This document shows, piece by piece, positions 54,157 through 64,000 of a DNA stretch of 64,000 nucleotides; position 1 is the stretch's first letter, and every line of letters begins with the position of its first letter. The DNA comes from Deltaproteobacteria bacterium. GTDB lineage: Bacteria; Myxococcota_A; Polyangia; Polyangiales; Houyiibacteriaceae. The stretch spans positions 32,001 through 96,000 of the forward strand of contig JAXMNT010000004.1 of NCBI GenBank assembly GCA_034670305.1, read 5' to 3'. The translations under genes were made by a program, and so were the position numbers. The notes beneath the pieces are model-generated. The model made no database searches. It worked only from the letters and a program-made list of their open reading frames with translations, and was not told where the DNA came from.

Positions 54157-56862
54157 TCAGAAACTGTTGCCGATCGTGAACTCGAACTTGATTTTCGGTT
54201 CGTAGGAGCGACGGCGGATGGGGATGCCCCATTCGAAACGCAGGGGTCCGAGCGGCGAGAACCAGCGGAAACCGAAGCCCCACGAGGTCCGGATGGCCGC
54301 ATGGACACCGCACGGGTTGGTGGACGGGTCGTTCGTCGGGGTGACGGGACCCTCGCACAGGCGGTTCTCGATGTTCCAGACGTTGCCGCCGTCGGTGAAG
54401 AGCACACCGCGGATGCCGACCTCGGGCAAGATCGCGAACTCGAGTTCCGCCTGGTAGAAGAGCTGGAGGTTGCCGCCGATCGCGACGCCCTCCGAGACCC
54501 CGCCGCCCGCGATCGGAGGCGATGCGTTCGGATCGGTTCGGCGCGGGATCGAGACCCGCGGCCCGAGGCTCTGGAGCGGGTACCCGCGCACATCGAAGAT
54601 GCCGCCGAGTCGGAAGCGTTCGTAGATCGGGACGCCGTTGCGGCCGGTGATCAGACCGAACTGGGCGTTGGCCTTGAAGGTGACCGGGCGCCCTTCCCCG
54701 AGCGAGAAGACCTCGCGGTAGAACCGCACGAAGCCTGTGTGCCGCACGAAGATCTGGTCGGAGCCGAGGAACCGGTCCGCGACCTCACCCGTGTAGTTCG
54801 CGTACCAACCCGCGGTGGGGAACAGCCGGTTGTTGCGGCCGTCCCACGTCAAACTCACCCGAACGGAACTGGTCAAACCGTCGCTGTAGAGGTTCGCGAG
54901 GGGCAGGCGCTGGAACTGGGTGAACCCCGCGCCGCCGCCGCTGGCCGACGAACCGAAGAAGCCGCTCGTGCGCGCGCTGATCTTCACGTTCTCGAGCTGG
55001 TAGCCGACGGAGAAGCGCAACCGCCGGTCCACGATCGGGTGGCCAAGGGTGAGCCCGCCACCGGTGCTGTCTCGGTTGAAGTCCGCGAACTGACGGATGG
55101 TCTTGAACGCATCGACGCCGAGGCTCCACTGGGTGCCGAGGAACCACGGCTCCACGAAACGCAGCTGGACGAACTGGCGGATGCCACTGAGCTGGAGCTG
55201 CAGCGAGAGCAGGTGGCCGTTGCCGAAGAGGTTCTGCTGCTGAACCTGAGCGGTCAGGATGAACTGCTCGATCGAGCTGAAGCCGGCGCCGACCTGGAAG
55301 GTGCCGGTGCTCTTCTCGCCGACCTGGATGTTGATGACGATGCGCTCGGGCGAGGAGCCGGTCTCTTCGCTCAGATCGACCCGTTCGAAGTACCCGAGCG
55401 CGTTGATGCGGCCTCGGCTGCGTTCGATGAGCGTCTGGTTGTAGAGGTCGCCTTCGTTGATCAACATCTCGCGGCGGATGACGCGGTCGCGGGTCTTCGT
55501 GTTGCCGCGGATGTTGATCCGTTCGATGCGGACGGGCGGACCGCGCACGAGGTTGAGCTGCAGGTTCACGATGTTGCGATCCTGCTGCACGTCCATGTCG
55601 GGCGTGAGATCGACCCTCGCATAGCCTTCGTCCCGGTAGACGCGCGAGATCGCATCGATGCCGAGCCGGACCTTCGTCGAGCTGAACCAGTCGCCGGTGT
55701 CGAGTTCGATGTTCTCGCGCAGGTCGTCGCGGAGCGCTTCGATCTCGTTGCCTTCGGCGTCGACTTCGCGGACCGACATGCGGCCGATGCGGAAGCGCGG
55801 CCCCTCGGTGATCGGGATCGTGATGTCGATGTTCTGACGGTCGGATGTCAGCTCGATGCGCGGCGCGCCGACTCGGACCGTGAGGTAGCCCTTGTCGTAG
55901 TACCAAGCCTGCAGCCGGGTGTGATCCTCTTCGAACTTGTCGGCGTTGTAGTGGTCGTTGTCCGAGATGAACGAGAAGAACCCATGCTCGCTCGTCTGCA
56001 TGATGTCGTGGAGGTCTTCGGACGGGATCGAGCGGTTGCCGACGAAGCGGATGCGGCGGACCGTGACCTCCGGGCCCTCTTCGATCGTGAAGCGCACTTC
56101 GACTTCGTCGGTGCGGCTCTCGAGGCGCTTGATCTCGTAGTCGACGCGCGCGAGGAAGTACCCCTCCTCCGCGTAGAGGTCTCGGATCTTGGTGATCTGC
56201 TCGCGGACCGAAGGAATCGAGAGGATCGCGCCTTCGCGGAGGGTGACCTTCTCGTCGATGTCGTCGTCTTCGACCTCGTCGTTGCCCTCGAACACGATGC
56301 GGGCGATGGCCGGCCGCTCTTGGACGCGGATGCGCAGGTCGACTTCGTTCCCGTCGGCGTCGGCTTCGACGATGATGTCGTCGAAGAACCCCATGTCCCA
56401 GAGGGCACGGGCGTCGCGGGCGATCTCTTCGTCGGTGCACGGCAGACCGCGCCGAAGCCGCATGGTCGCGCGGACGTCGTCCGGATCGACCCGGCGGCCG
56501 CCTTCCACCTGGATCTGGCGAATGCGCCGCCCGTGGCAGAGGGTGCGCGGGGTGCTCGGAGGCTGGGTCTGCGGCTCGTAGGGCTCGCCCGTCGGCTCCA
56601 CCGGCTCTTCCGGTTCGGCTTCGGCGTCCGGGTCTTCGCCTTCGGCGTCCGGGTCTTCGCCTTCGGCGTCCGGGTCTTCGCCTTCGGCGTCCGGGTCTTC
56701 GTCGCCCTCTTCGTCGTCGTCCTCTTCGTCGCCCCAATCGTCGCCGTCTTCGCCCTCTTCCTCGACGTCGGGATCGACCTCGGGTTGGGCCACGACATCA
56801 CCCGGTCCGCAAAGCAGACCGAGCGCCAGTAGCGCGAGCAGGAGACGGGAAATACGAAGCAT
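54157..56862 (-). CDS. bamA: Outer membrane protein assembly factor BamA
   Basis: Signal peptide, five POTRA domains, GNTKTRDRVIRRE, VRGY, WFSPLGPLRF and terminal Phe. Confidence 0.96.
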   Translation of the reverse strand: MLRISRLLLALLALGLLCGPGDVVAQPEVDPDVEEEGEDGDDWGDEEDDDEEGDEDPDAEGEDPDAEGEDPDAEGEDPDAEAEPEEPVEPTGEPYEPQTQPPSTPRTLCHGRRIRQIQVEGGRRVDPDDVRATMRLRRGLPCTDEEIARDARALWDMGFFDDIIVEADADGNEVDLRIRVQERPAIARIVFEGNDEVEDDDIDEKVTLREGAILSIPSVREQITKIRDLYAEEGYFLARVDYEIKRLESRTDEVEVRFTIEEGPEVTVRRIRFVGNRSIPSEDLHDIMQTSEHGFFSFISDNDHYNADKFEEDHTRLQAWYYDKGYLTVRVGAPRIELTSDRQNIDITIPITEGPRFRIGRMSVREVDAEGNEIEALRDDLRENIELDTGDWFSSTKVRLGIDAISRVYRDEGYARVDLTPDMDVQQDRNIVNLQLNLVRGPPVRIERINIRGNTKTRDRVIRREMLINEGDLYNQTLIERSRGRINALGYFERVDLSEETGSSPERIVINIQVGEKSTGTFQVGAGFSSIEQFILTAQVQQQNLFGNGHLLSLQLQLSGIRQFVQLRFVEPWFLGTQWSLGVDAFKTIRQFADFNRDSTGGGLTLGHPIVDRRLRFSVGYQLENVKISARTSGFFGSSASGGGAGFTQFQRLPLANLYSDGLTSSVRVSLTWDGRNNRLFPTAGWYANYTGEVADRFLGSDQIFVRHTGFVRFYREVFSLGEGRPVTFKANAQFGLITGRNGVPIYERFRLGGIFDVRGYPLQSLGPRVSIPRRTDPNASPPIAGGGVSEGVAIGGNLQLFYQAELEFAILPEVGIRGVLFTDGGNVWNIENRLCEGPVTPTNDPSTNPCGVHAAIRTSWGFGFRWFSPLGPLRFEWGIPIRRRSYEPKIKFEFTIGNSF
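56620..56701. repeat. 21-bp tandem repeat (about 4 copies) encoding EDPDAEG in the BamA N-terminus
   Basis: ttcggcgtccgggtcttcgcc units. Confidence 0.9.
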
Positions 56863-56879
56863 TTAGGAAAACGTGCGCG

Positions 56880-56908
56880 GCTATACGCTTGCCCCAGAGG
56901 GGGGTCAA
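56880..56908 (-). promoter_or_regulatory. Putative promoter of bamA
   Basis: TTGACC-17 nt-TATAGC. Confidence 0.5.
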
Positions 56909-56954
56909 CCGGCGCCCCGCGTCCGAACGCGCAGGATGCGGGGTTGATTCGCGC

Positions 56955-57755
56955 TTATTCCGACTCGGTGGCCGGTTCTTTCGGGGCTCCGTCGACTTCT
57001 CCGTCGTCCGGGCTGGGTTCCGGAGTGGGTTCTCCGATGGGTTTCGGGATCTTGCGCTCGTCCGTCCGGATCTCCCCATCGCGCATGGAGACCACCCGCG
57101 GCATGCGCTCGGCCAGGTCCCGGCTGTGGGTCACGAGCAAGAAGGTCGTCCCGCGTTTCGCGTTCAACTCAAAGAAGAGCCGATGCACTGCGTCGCTGGT
57201 GACGCTGTCGAGGTTGCCGGTCGGTTCGTCGGCGAGCACGAGGGGCGGATCGAGGATTAGGGCCCGCGCCAAAGCCACGCGCTGTTGCTCGCCACCGCTG
57301 AGCTCGCCCGGGCGGTGGGACGTGCGGTGGGCCAGGCCGACCTCCTCCAGCAGCTCTTGGGCGCGCTTGCGGAGCGGTCCGCGGGGTTTGCCGTGGATGA
57401 GCCCTGGCATCATCACGTTCTCGATCGCGTCGAACTCCGGCAGCAGATGGTGGAACTGGAAGACGAATCCCAGCATCTGGTTGCGGAAGAGCGCGAGCTC
57501 GCGGCTCCCGAGTTTGGTGACGTCGCGGCCGGCGTAGTGGATCTCGCCGCGGGTCGGCAGGTCGAGGGTGCCGAGCACGTGCAGCAGCGTGCTCTTGCCA
57601 GCGCCCGAAGGGCCCACGACGCACACCATCTCTCCTCGGGTGATCTCGAGATCGACCCCGCGGAGCACTTCCACCTTCTTGCCCTCGTGCACGAAGGTCT
57701 TCTCCACCTTGCGCGCGATGACGAGTGGATCGCCGTTGGTCGTTGGTTCGGTCAC
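56955..57755 (-). CDS. lolD: Lipoprotein-releasing ABC transporter ATPase
   Basis: GPSGAGKST, GFVFQFHHLL, LSGGEQQR and LADEPTGNLD motifs. Confidence 0.92.
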   Translation of the reverse strand: MTEPTTNGDPLVIARKVEKTFVHEGKKVEVLRGVDLEITRGEMVCVVGPSGAGKSTLLHVLGTLDLPTRGEIHYAGRDVTKLGSRELALFRNQMLGFVFQFHHLLPEFDAIENVMMPGLIHGKPRGPLRKRAQELLEEVGLAHRTSHRPGELSGGEQQRVALARALILDPPLVLADEPTGNLDSVTSDAVHRLFFELNAKRGTTFLLVTHSRDLAERMPRVVSMRDGEIRTDERKIPKPIGEPTPEPSPDDGEVDGAPKEPATESE

Positions 57756-57762
57756 TGCGGCC

Positions 57763-60288
57763 TCATTGATGTCGAATCGCGTCTAGGGGTCGAAAACGGC
57801 CCGCCAGAATCGCGGGAAAAAGCGTCGCTAGGGCACACACGCCGAGCGCGATGAGACCGACGAGCGCGAACTCGGTGGCGTCCACGTTCACCGGCAGTCG
57901 GTCGATGTAATAGACCTCCGGGTTCACGCGGATCCCGAAGTGCTCGAAGACGAAGGTCACGAGGAACCCGAGTCCGAGTCCTATCGATGCACCGTAGACC
58001 CCGATGAGGATCCCTTCGATCAAGAAGATGACCACGACGCTGCTCTTCGAGGTGCCCATCGCGAACAGGATGCCGATCTCGCGGCCCTTCTCTTGGACCA
58101 TCAAGGTCAGCGTGCCGAAGACACAGAAGCCCGCGATGAGGATGGCGATGCCGAGGGTGACGAACATCGCGAGCTTCTCGAGCGCGAGCGCACCGAAGAG
58201 CCCGCTGTTGAGCTCCTGCCAGTCGCGTACCCGGACGCCGTCGAGCAACATCGCGCCGCGGATTTCGTCGGCCACGGTGCGCGCGCGCTCCACGTCGTCG
58301 ACCTTGATCTCGATCCCGGTGATCGCATCGCCCATGGAGAGGAAGCTCTGTCCGGCTTCCAAGAGCACGTACACGTTCTTCATGTCGTACTCGTACATGC
58401 CGCTGTAGAAGATCCCGGCGACCCGGAAGCGGCGCGACTTCGGCATCGGTCCGGCCGGCCCCAGTTCTCCGAACGGAGAGACGATGTCGATCTCGTCTCC
58501 AAGAAACACCCGCAGCGTACGCGCGAGCTCCTTGCCGATGACCACGCCCGGCAGCACATCGCGCCCCATCGGGTTCGCCGCCCGCGCCCGCTCATTCGCC
58601 GCCGCGTCCCGCAGGAACTCCGCCAAGTCCTCCCGAATCGGAGGCACCACACCCGCGCTGTCGGCATCGGCACCGGATTCGGCATCGGCATCGGCACCGG
58701 TTTCGGCATCGGCCTCGGCCTCGGCATCGGCATCGGCTTCGGCATCGGCATCGGCTTCGGCATCGGCATCGGCTTCGGCTTCGGCATCGGCTTCGGCTTC
58801 GGCATCAGAATCCGAATCGGCTTCAGAATCCCGGCCCTCCAGCACGTCGTCGATCTCCCGAATCAAGCTGCCGTCCTGATCGCGATCGCCCCCCGGTCGA
58901 ATCTCGAGCGGAAGGATCGTGCGGCGCTCTTCGGGGGGAAGATCGAGCAGCCGCTCTGGATGAATGAGGTACTCGAGCCGGCCCCGGGTGAGGTTGGCCT
59001 CGAGGTCCATCACCGCGCCGACCGTCGCCGGATCGATGCCGCGCAACACCGCGCCGGCCCGGTTGGTCGCGGACGTCACCATCACCTCGCCCTGCACCGA
59101 CGGGGTCGCCGCCCCGACGCCCGGCGTGTCGCGCACGACATCGAGGATCGGAGACCAGCCCTCGAAGTGGCCACGTTCGGTGTCCACGACGATGTGGGCG
59201 TTGTTGCCGAGGATCTTGTCCTTCAGGTCGTTGCGGAAGCCGCCCATCACGCTCAACACCGCGCAGAGCATGCAGGTGGAAAACGCCACGGTCGCGATGC
59301 TCAGCCCACTGATGGTGGCGAGGAAGCCGCTCTTCTTCGCGCGCAGGTGGCGCGAAGCGACGAAGCTTCGAAACCCGAACGACTCGATGGTCCGCATGAT
59401 GACCGGCAGGAGCCGCACGAACACGCGGGTGGCGAAGATGGTCGTCACACCGAGGCGGATCATCGGGTGGATGAGCGACTCGATGTCGTCGTCGACCGGT
59501 TGCATCGGGAAGTTCGCCGAGATGAACGTGACGAAGACGACCGCTGCGACCGCCGCTAGGTCGAAGACGATCCAGAACCAGAACCGGAACCGCTGGGGGA
59601 GCAGGAACCAGAGCGTGATCCGCCCGACGCCCTCGAGCGCGCCGAAGACGAGCGCGACGATGGCGCTGATCTGCAGAAGCGACTGCGCCCGGTCGCGGAG
59701 CGAGAGCTGCGCCTCGTCAAGCGCGTTGGTGAAACTGAAGCCGCTCTCGATCGAGACGGCGGCACCGAACGCCAAGAGCAAGAGCGGCACGACCACCACC
59801 ACGACGAATCCAAGATGCAGAAACGCGGCCGCGTAGACCCGGCCCTTGCCGCGGTGGCCCGGCTGGAGCCGGCTCGCGAGCGAGAGCGTGAAGAGCGCCA
59901 GCCCCACATCGAGTGCGGTCCACAGCGCCAGAGGAAACGCGACCGTGGAAGCGCTCGTGCGGACGGCGATCCCGACCATCTGGGGCCAGAGTGCGACGAC
60001 GGCACCGATGGAGCCGACCCACGCCAAGCTGAACAACGCGAATGCCGCAGGCAGCGGACCAAGTCCCGTCCGGGTCGGCAGCCGGTTCGCACGGGTCGAG
60101 ATCCCGAACGCGGTGAGGCTCAGCCCGACCAACGCGACCAGCCAGACCACCAGCCCCATCGGCTCCTGGCGTTGGATGGCGATCGCGCAGCCGATCCCGG
60201 CGAAGACGACGAGCGCCGCGCCGAGGCCCATCTGCACCCTCGCCTTGCTCGAACCAGGCGGATCGGAGCGGATGGTCGTGGCGCCCAC
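57763..60288 (-). CDS. Lipoprotein-releasing permease LolC/E with N-terminal multi-TM extension
   Basis: LSVMGGF..DLKDKILG, GMYEYD, DWQELN.GLF.AL.LEK and VYYIDRLPV motifs. Confidence 0.88.
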   Translation of the reverse strand: MGATTIRSDPPGSSKARVQMGLGAALVVFAGIGCAIAIQRQEPMGLVVWLVALVGLSLTAFGISTRANRLPTRTGLGPLPAAFALFSLAWVGSIGAVVALWPQMVGIAVRTSASTVAFPLALWTALDVGLALFTLSLASRLQPGHRGKGRVYAAAFLHLGFVVVVVVPLLLLAFGAAVSIESGFSFTNALDEAQLSLRDRAQSLLQISAIVALVFGALEGVGRITLWFLLPQRFRFWFWIVFDLAAVAAVVFVTFISANFPMQPVDDDIESLIHPMIRLGVTTIFATRVFVRLLPVIMRTIESFGFRSFVASRHLRAKKSGFLATISGLSIATVAFSTCMLCAVLSVMGGFRNDLKDKILGNNAHIVVDTERGHFEGWSPILDVVRDTPGVGAATPSVQGEVMVTSATNRAGAVLRGIDPATVGAVMDLEANLTRGRLEYLIHPERLLDLPPEERRTILPLEIRPGGDRDQDGSLIREIDDVLEGRDSEADSDSDAEAEADAEAEADADAEADADAEADADAEAEADAETGADADAESGADADSAGVVPPIREDLAEFLRDAAANERARAANPMGRDVLPGVVIGKELARTLRVFLGDEIDIVSPFGELGPAGPMPKSRRFRVAGIFYSGMYEYDMKNVYVLLEAGQSFLSMGDAITGIEIKVDDVERARTVADEIRGAMLLDGVRVRDWQELNSGLFGALALEKLAMFVTLGIAILIAGFCVFGTLTLMVQEKGREIGILFAMGTSKSSVVVIFLIEGILIGVYGASIGLGLGFLVTFVFEHFGIRVNPEVYYIDRLPVNVDATEFALVGLIALGVCALATLFPAILAGRFRPLDAIRHQ
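58661..58830. repeat. (TCGGCN)n tract in-frame inside lolC/E, encoding EADA repeats
   Basis: Same hexamer as the intergenic tracts; reading frame preserved. Confidence 0.9.
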
Positions 60289-60293
60289 GGGGT

Positions 60294-61895
<1,602 letters not shown>

Positions 61896-61954
61896 TCTCG
61901 GTCCTGTTCTTTCGCCGTAGCGTGCGTCGCGCGGACACGAGCCCGCAGTCGTCG

Positions 61955-63077
61955 CTAGCTCTTCTTCTTCTTTTGCCGCGCGTCGGCCGTCTTCATCAGG
62001 TAGCTCTCGATGAGCTCGTCCAGGTCGCCGTCGAGGACTCCGTCGAGGTTGCCGATTTTCAACTCGGTCCGCTCGTCTTTGACCATCTTGTACGGCTGCA
62101 TCGTGTACGTGCGCGCCTGGCTGCCGAACGCGATCTCGCTCTGCCCGGAGAGAAACGCTTCTTCGAACGCCTCTTCGCGTTCGCGGCGCTCTTTCTCGAA
62201 GAGCAGACCCCGCAACCGCTTCATCGCGTGGTCGCGGTTCTGGTGCTGCGAACGCTCGTTGTCGGCGCGCACCACGAAACCAGAGGGAATGTGTTCGATG
62301 CGCACCGCGGACTCGGTCCGGTTGACGTGCTGACCGCCCGCACCGCCCGACCGCATCGTCGTGACCTTGATGTCTTCCTCTTTGATCTCGATCTCGATGT
62401 TGTCGTCGAGATCCGGGACCACGCTCACGCCGGCGAAGCTGGTCTCGCGTCGCCCGGAGAACTTGGAGACGCGGATGAGTCGGTGCACGCCGTTCTCCGC
62501 CCGCAAGAACCCGTACGCGTAGGGTCCGCGCACCACCAGCGTGGCCGAAGCGATGCCGCAGACGTCTCCGTCGTGTTTCTCCGCGAGGTCGGTCTTGAAC
62601 CCTTTGCGATCGCACCAGCGGGTGTACATGCGCAGCAGCATCTCGGCCCAGTCCTGGGCATCGGTGCCGCCGGCGCCGGAGTTGACGGAGAGGATCGCGT
62701 CCTGGTCGTCGTCCGGCTCGAGCATGCGCTGGAGCTCGAGGGCCCGCACGCCCGCTTCGAACTCGGGGATCTGCGCGATGAGCTCTTCCAGCTCTTCCTC
62801 TTCGTCCTCGCCCGCGAGCTCGAACATTTCGAGGGTGCCGGTGACATCGCTCATGAGCCGCTCGAGCGACTGGACCAGCCCCTCGGCGCGAGCGCGCTCC
62901 CGCATCATCTTCTCAGCGGCTTCGCGGTCGTCCCAGAAGCCTTCTCTCAAGGAGAGGTTGGTGAGTCGATCGAGCTCATGCTTCAAGCCCGGGAGGTCAA
63001 AGATACCTCCCCAGCGCATCGAGGCGCTGCGCGAGGTCTTGGAGCAAATCCCGACTCTCACCGATGGAAACCGTCAT
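61955..63077 (-). CDS. prfB: Peptide chain release factor 2, join(63077..63000, 62998..61955) by programmed +1 frameshift
   Basis: [26 protein letters not shown] then [22 protein letters not shown] and GGQ motifs; upstream of lysS. Confidence 0.95.
62996..63011 (-). other. RF2 programmed +1 frameshift site
   Basis: GGGAGG-TAT-CTT-TGA-C: internal SD, slippery Leu codon and UGA. Confidence 0.95.
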
Positions 63078-63086
63078 GGTTCCGGT

Positions 63087-63114
63087 CACGTATCGCGGCG
63101 CGGGGCCGTGTCAA
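63087..63114 (-). promoter_or_regulatory. Putative promoter of prfB
   Basis: TTGACA-16 nt-TACGTG, 9 nt before the ATG. Confidence 0.45.
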
Positions 63115-63148
63115 GCAGCGGTGGGCTGCGACGGGCTCGGAGATGGGT

Positions 63149-63949
63149 TCAGAACCGGACGGTGGCGGTCGCGACGGCCCCACCGGAGACCGGCTGGACC
63201 ACGACCGTCGTGATCTCGCGCGGCCGGATGAGATCCACGGCGACGAGGACCATGCCCACGGCGCCCACGAGCGCGCCCCCGACGTAGAGCCCGAGCGCCT
63301 GGCGGCGTCGCTGGTCGGCGGACTCCAGGCGATCGGCGGCTTCGGTCCCCGCCTGCACGGTGGCGGGCGGTGGGCCCACGTTGGCGTCGAGCCAAGCCAC
63401 GTCGTCGCGTCCTTTGCCAGCCAGGGCGGCGGCCACACTGACCAGCACCACACCCACCGCGGTCGCACCGATGCCGGCGCCGAGCAGCGCGTAGGACGTG
63501 TCGGTCTGCTCGCGGTCGTGGGTTGCGGGACCGGTCTCGGGTGGATCGACCGCCCCATCCGGCGGACCGTTCTCACCGAACGGGTTGGGTGGCTCGACCC
63601 TCTGCTCGGCGCGCAACTCTGCGCGGATGGTGGAGGCGCGCTCGAGCGCGTGGGCGCGGAACCGCCCGGAGTCGTCGGCCTCCGCGCAGTCTTCGTAAGC
63701 GGCCGCGGCTTCCCGGCGGTGGTCCCCCCAGCGTTCGTAGGTGAGTGCGAGGTTGCAGTAGGTCGCAGCCCGCGGCGCCGCGGCCAGGCTGGCGCGGAAC
63801 GCCGTCTCTGCGTCCGCGTATTGGGCGGTGCGGAGCGATTCGACGCCCCGGTCGAAGTCCGGATCGGCTTGATCGGCCTGGGCCGATGCGAGCCCAGGAA
63901 GCGCGAGCAACGCCGACGCGACAAGGAACTGGGAGAGAACGGACTTCAT
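63149..63949 (-). CDS. Exported TPR protein with C-terminal hydrophobic segments
   Basis: Signal ending ASAQ, TPR-like helices (YCNLALTYERWG...AAAAYE), C-terminus ATVRF. Confidence 0.75.
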   Translation of the reverse strand: MKSVLSQFLVASALLALPGLASAQADQADPDFDRGVESLRTAQYADAETAFRASLAAAPRAATYCNLALTYERWGDHRREAAAAYEDCAEADDSGRFRAHALERASTIRAELRAEQRVEPPNPFGENGPPDGAVDPPETGPATHDREQTDTSYALLGAGIGATAVGVVLVSVAAALAGKGRDDVAWLDANVGPPPATVQAGTEAADRLESADQRRRQALGLYVGGALVGAVGMVLVAVDLIRPREITTVVVQPVSGGAVATATVRF

Positions 63950-64000
63950 GGGTCCTCGATGATGCCACCACGCCACGGCGTGTCGATCACTTCGCCCATC

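Noticed and set aside
61896-62615. 773-aa LysS with a long N-terminus
   Set aside because: The extension is an off-frame read through prfB; LysS-like sequence starts near 61895.
62997-62999. In-frame TGA in prfB as pseudogene or selenocysteine
   Set aside because: It matches the canonical RF2 frameshift site.

Overview
High-GC chromosomal window that looks like a myxobacterium (Myxococcota, probably Polyangiales/Sandaracinaceae-like; inferred from gene content and Cys-rich lipoproteins). It is mostly core genome. Positions 422-17372 (minus strand) hold one long respiratory operon: alternative complex III (actABCDEF, an ActG-position gene), SCO, and a caa3-type A2 cytochrome c oxidase (II, I, III, IV), followed by two lipoproteins. 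The middle holds an O-methyltransferase, class II photolyase, LRR protein, Ser/Thr kinase, a giant Cys/Gly-rich lipoprotein, AraC-VOC and ArsR-SRPBCC pairs, serA-hisZ-purA, a three-gene capsule-like cassette, ridA, xth, a CRTAC1-type protein and acyl-CoA genes. The right end holds prfB (+1 frameshift)-lysS-lolC/E-lolD-bamA-skp-tolC-mlaC-DUF507. No rRNA, tRNA, CRISPR or transposase was recognised. Most unusual observations: (1) oxidase subunit II has an 8-Cys insert and a 21-aa insertion inside the CuA ligand loop; (2) His/acidic tracts sit on most ACIII-oxidase subunits; (3) a dispersed (TCGGCN)n microsatellite occurs both between genes and in-frame inside genes; (4) RF2 has SKF instead of SPF(D); (5) a recurring leaderless-mRNA signature; (6) a degenerate PEP-synthase/rifampin-phosphotransferase-like protein is coupled to thiolase. 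All family calls come from reading motifs by eye; no searches were run.
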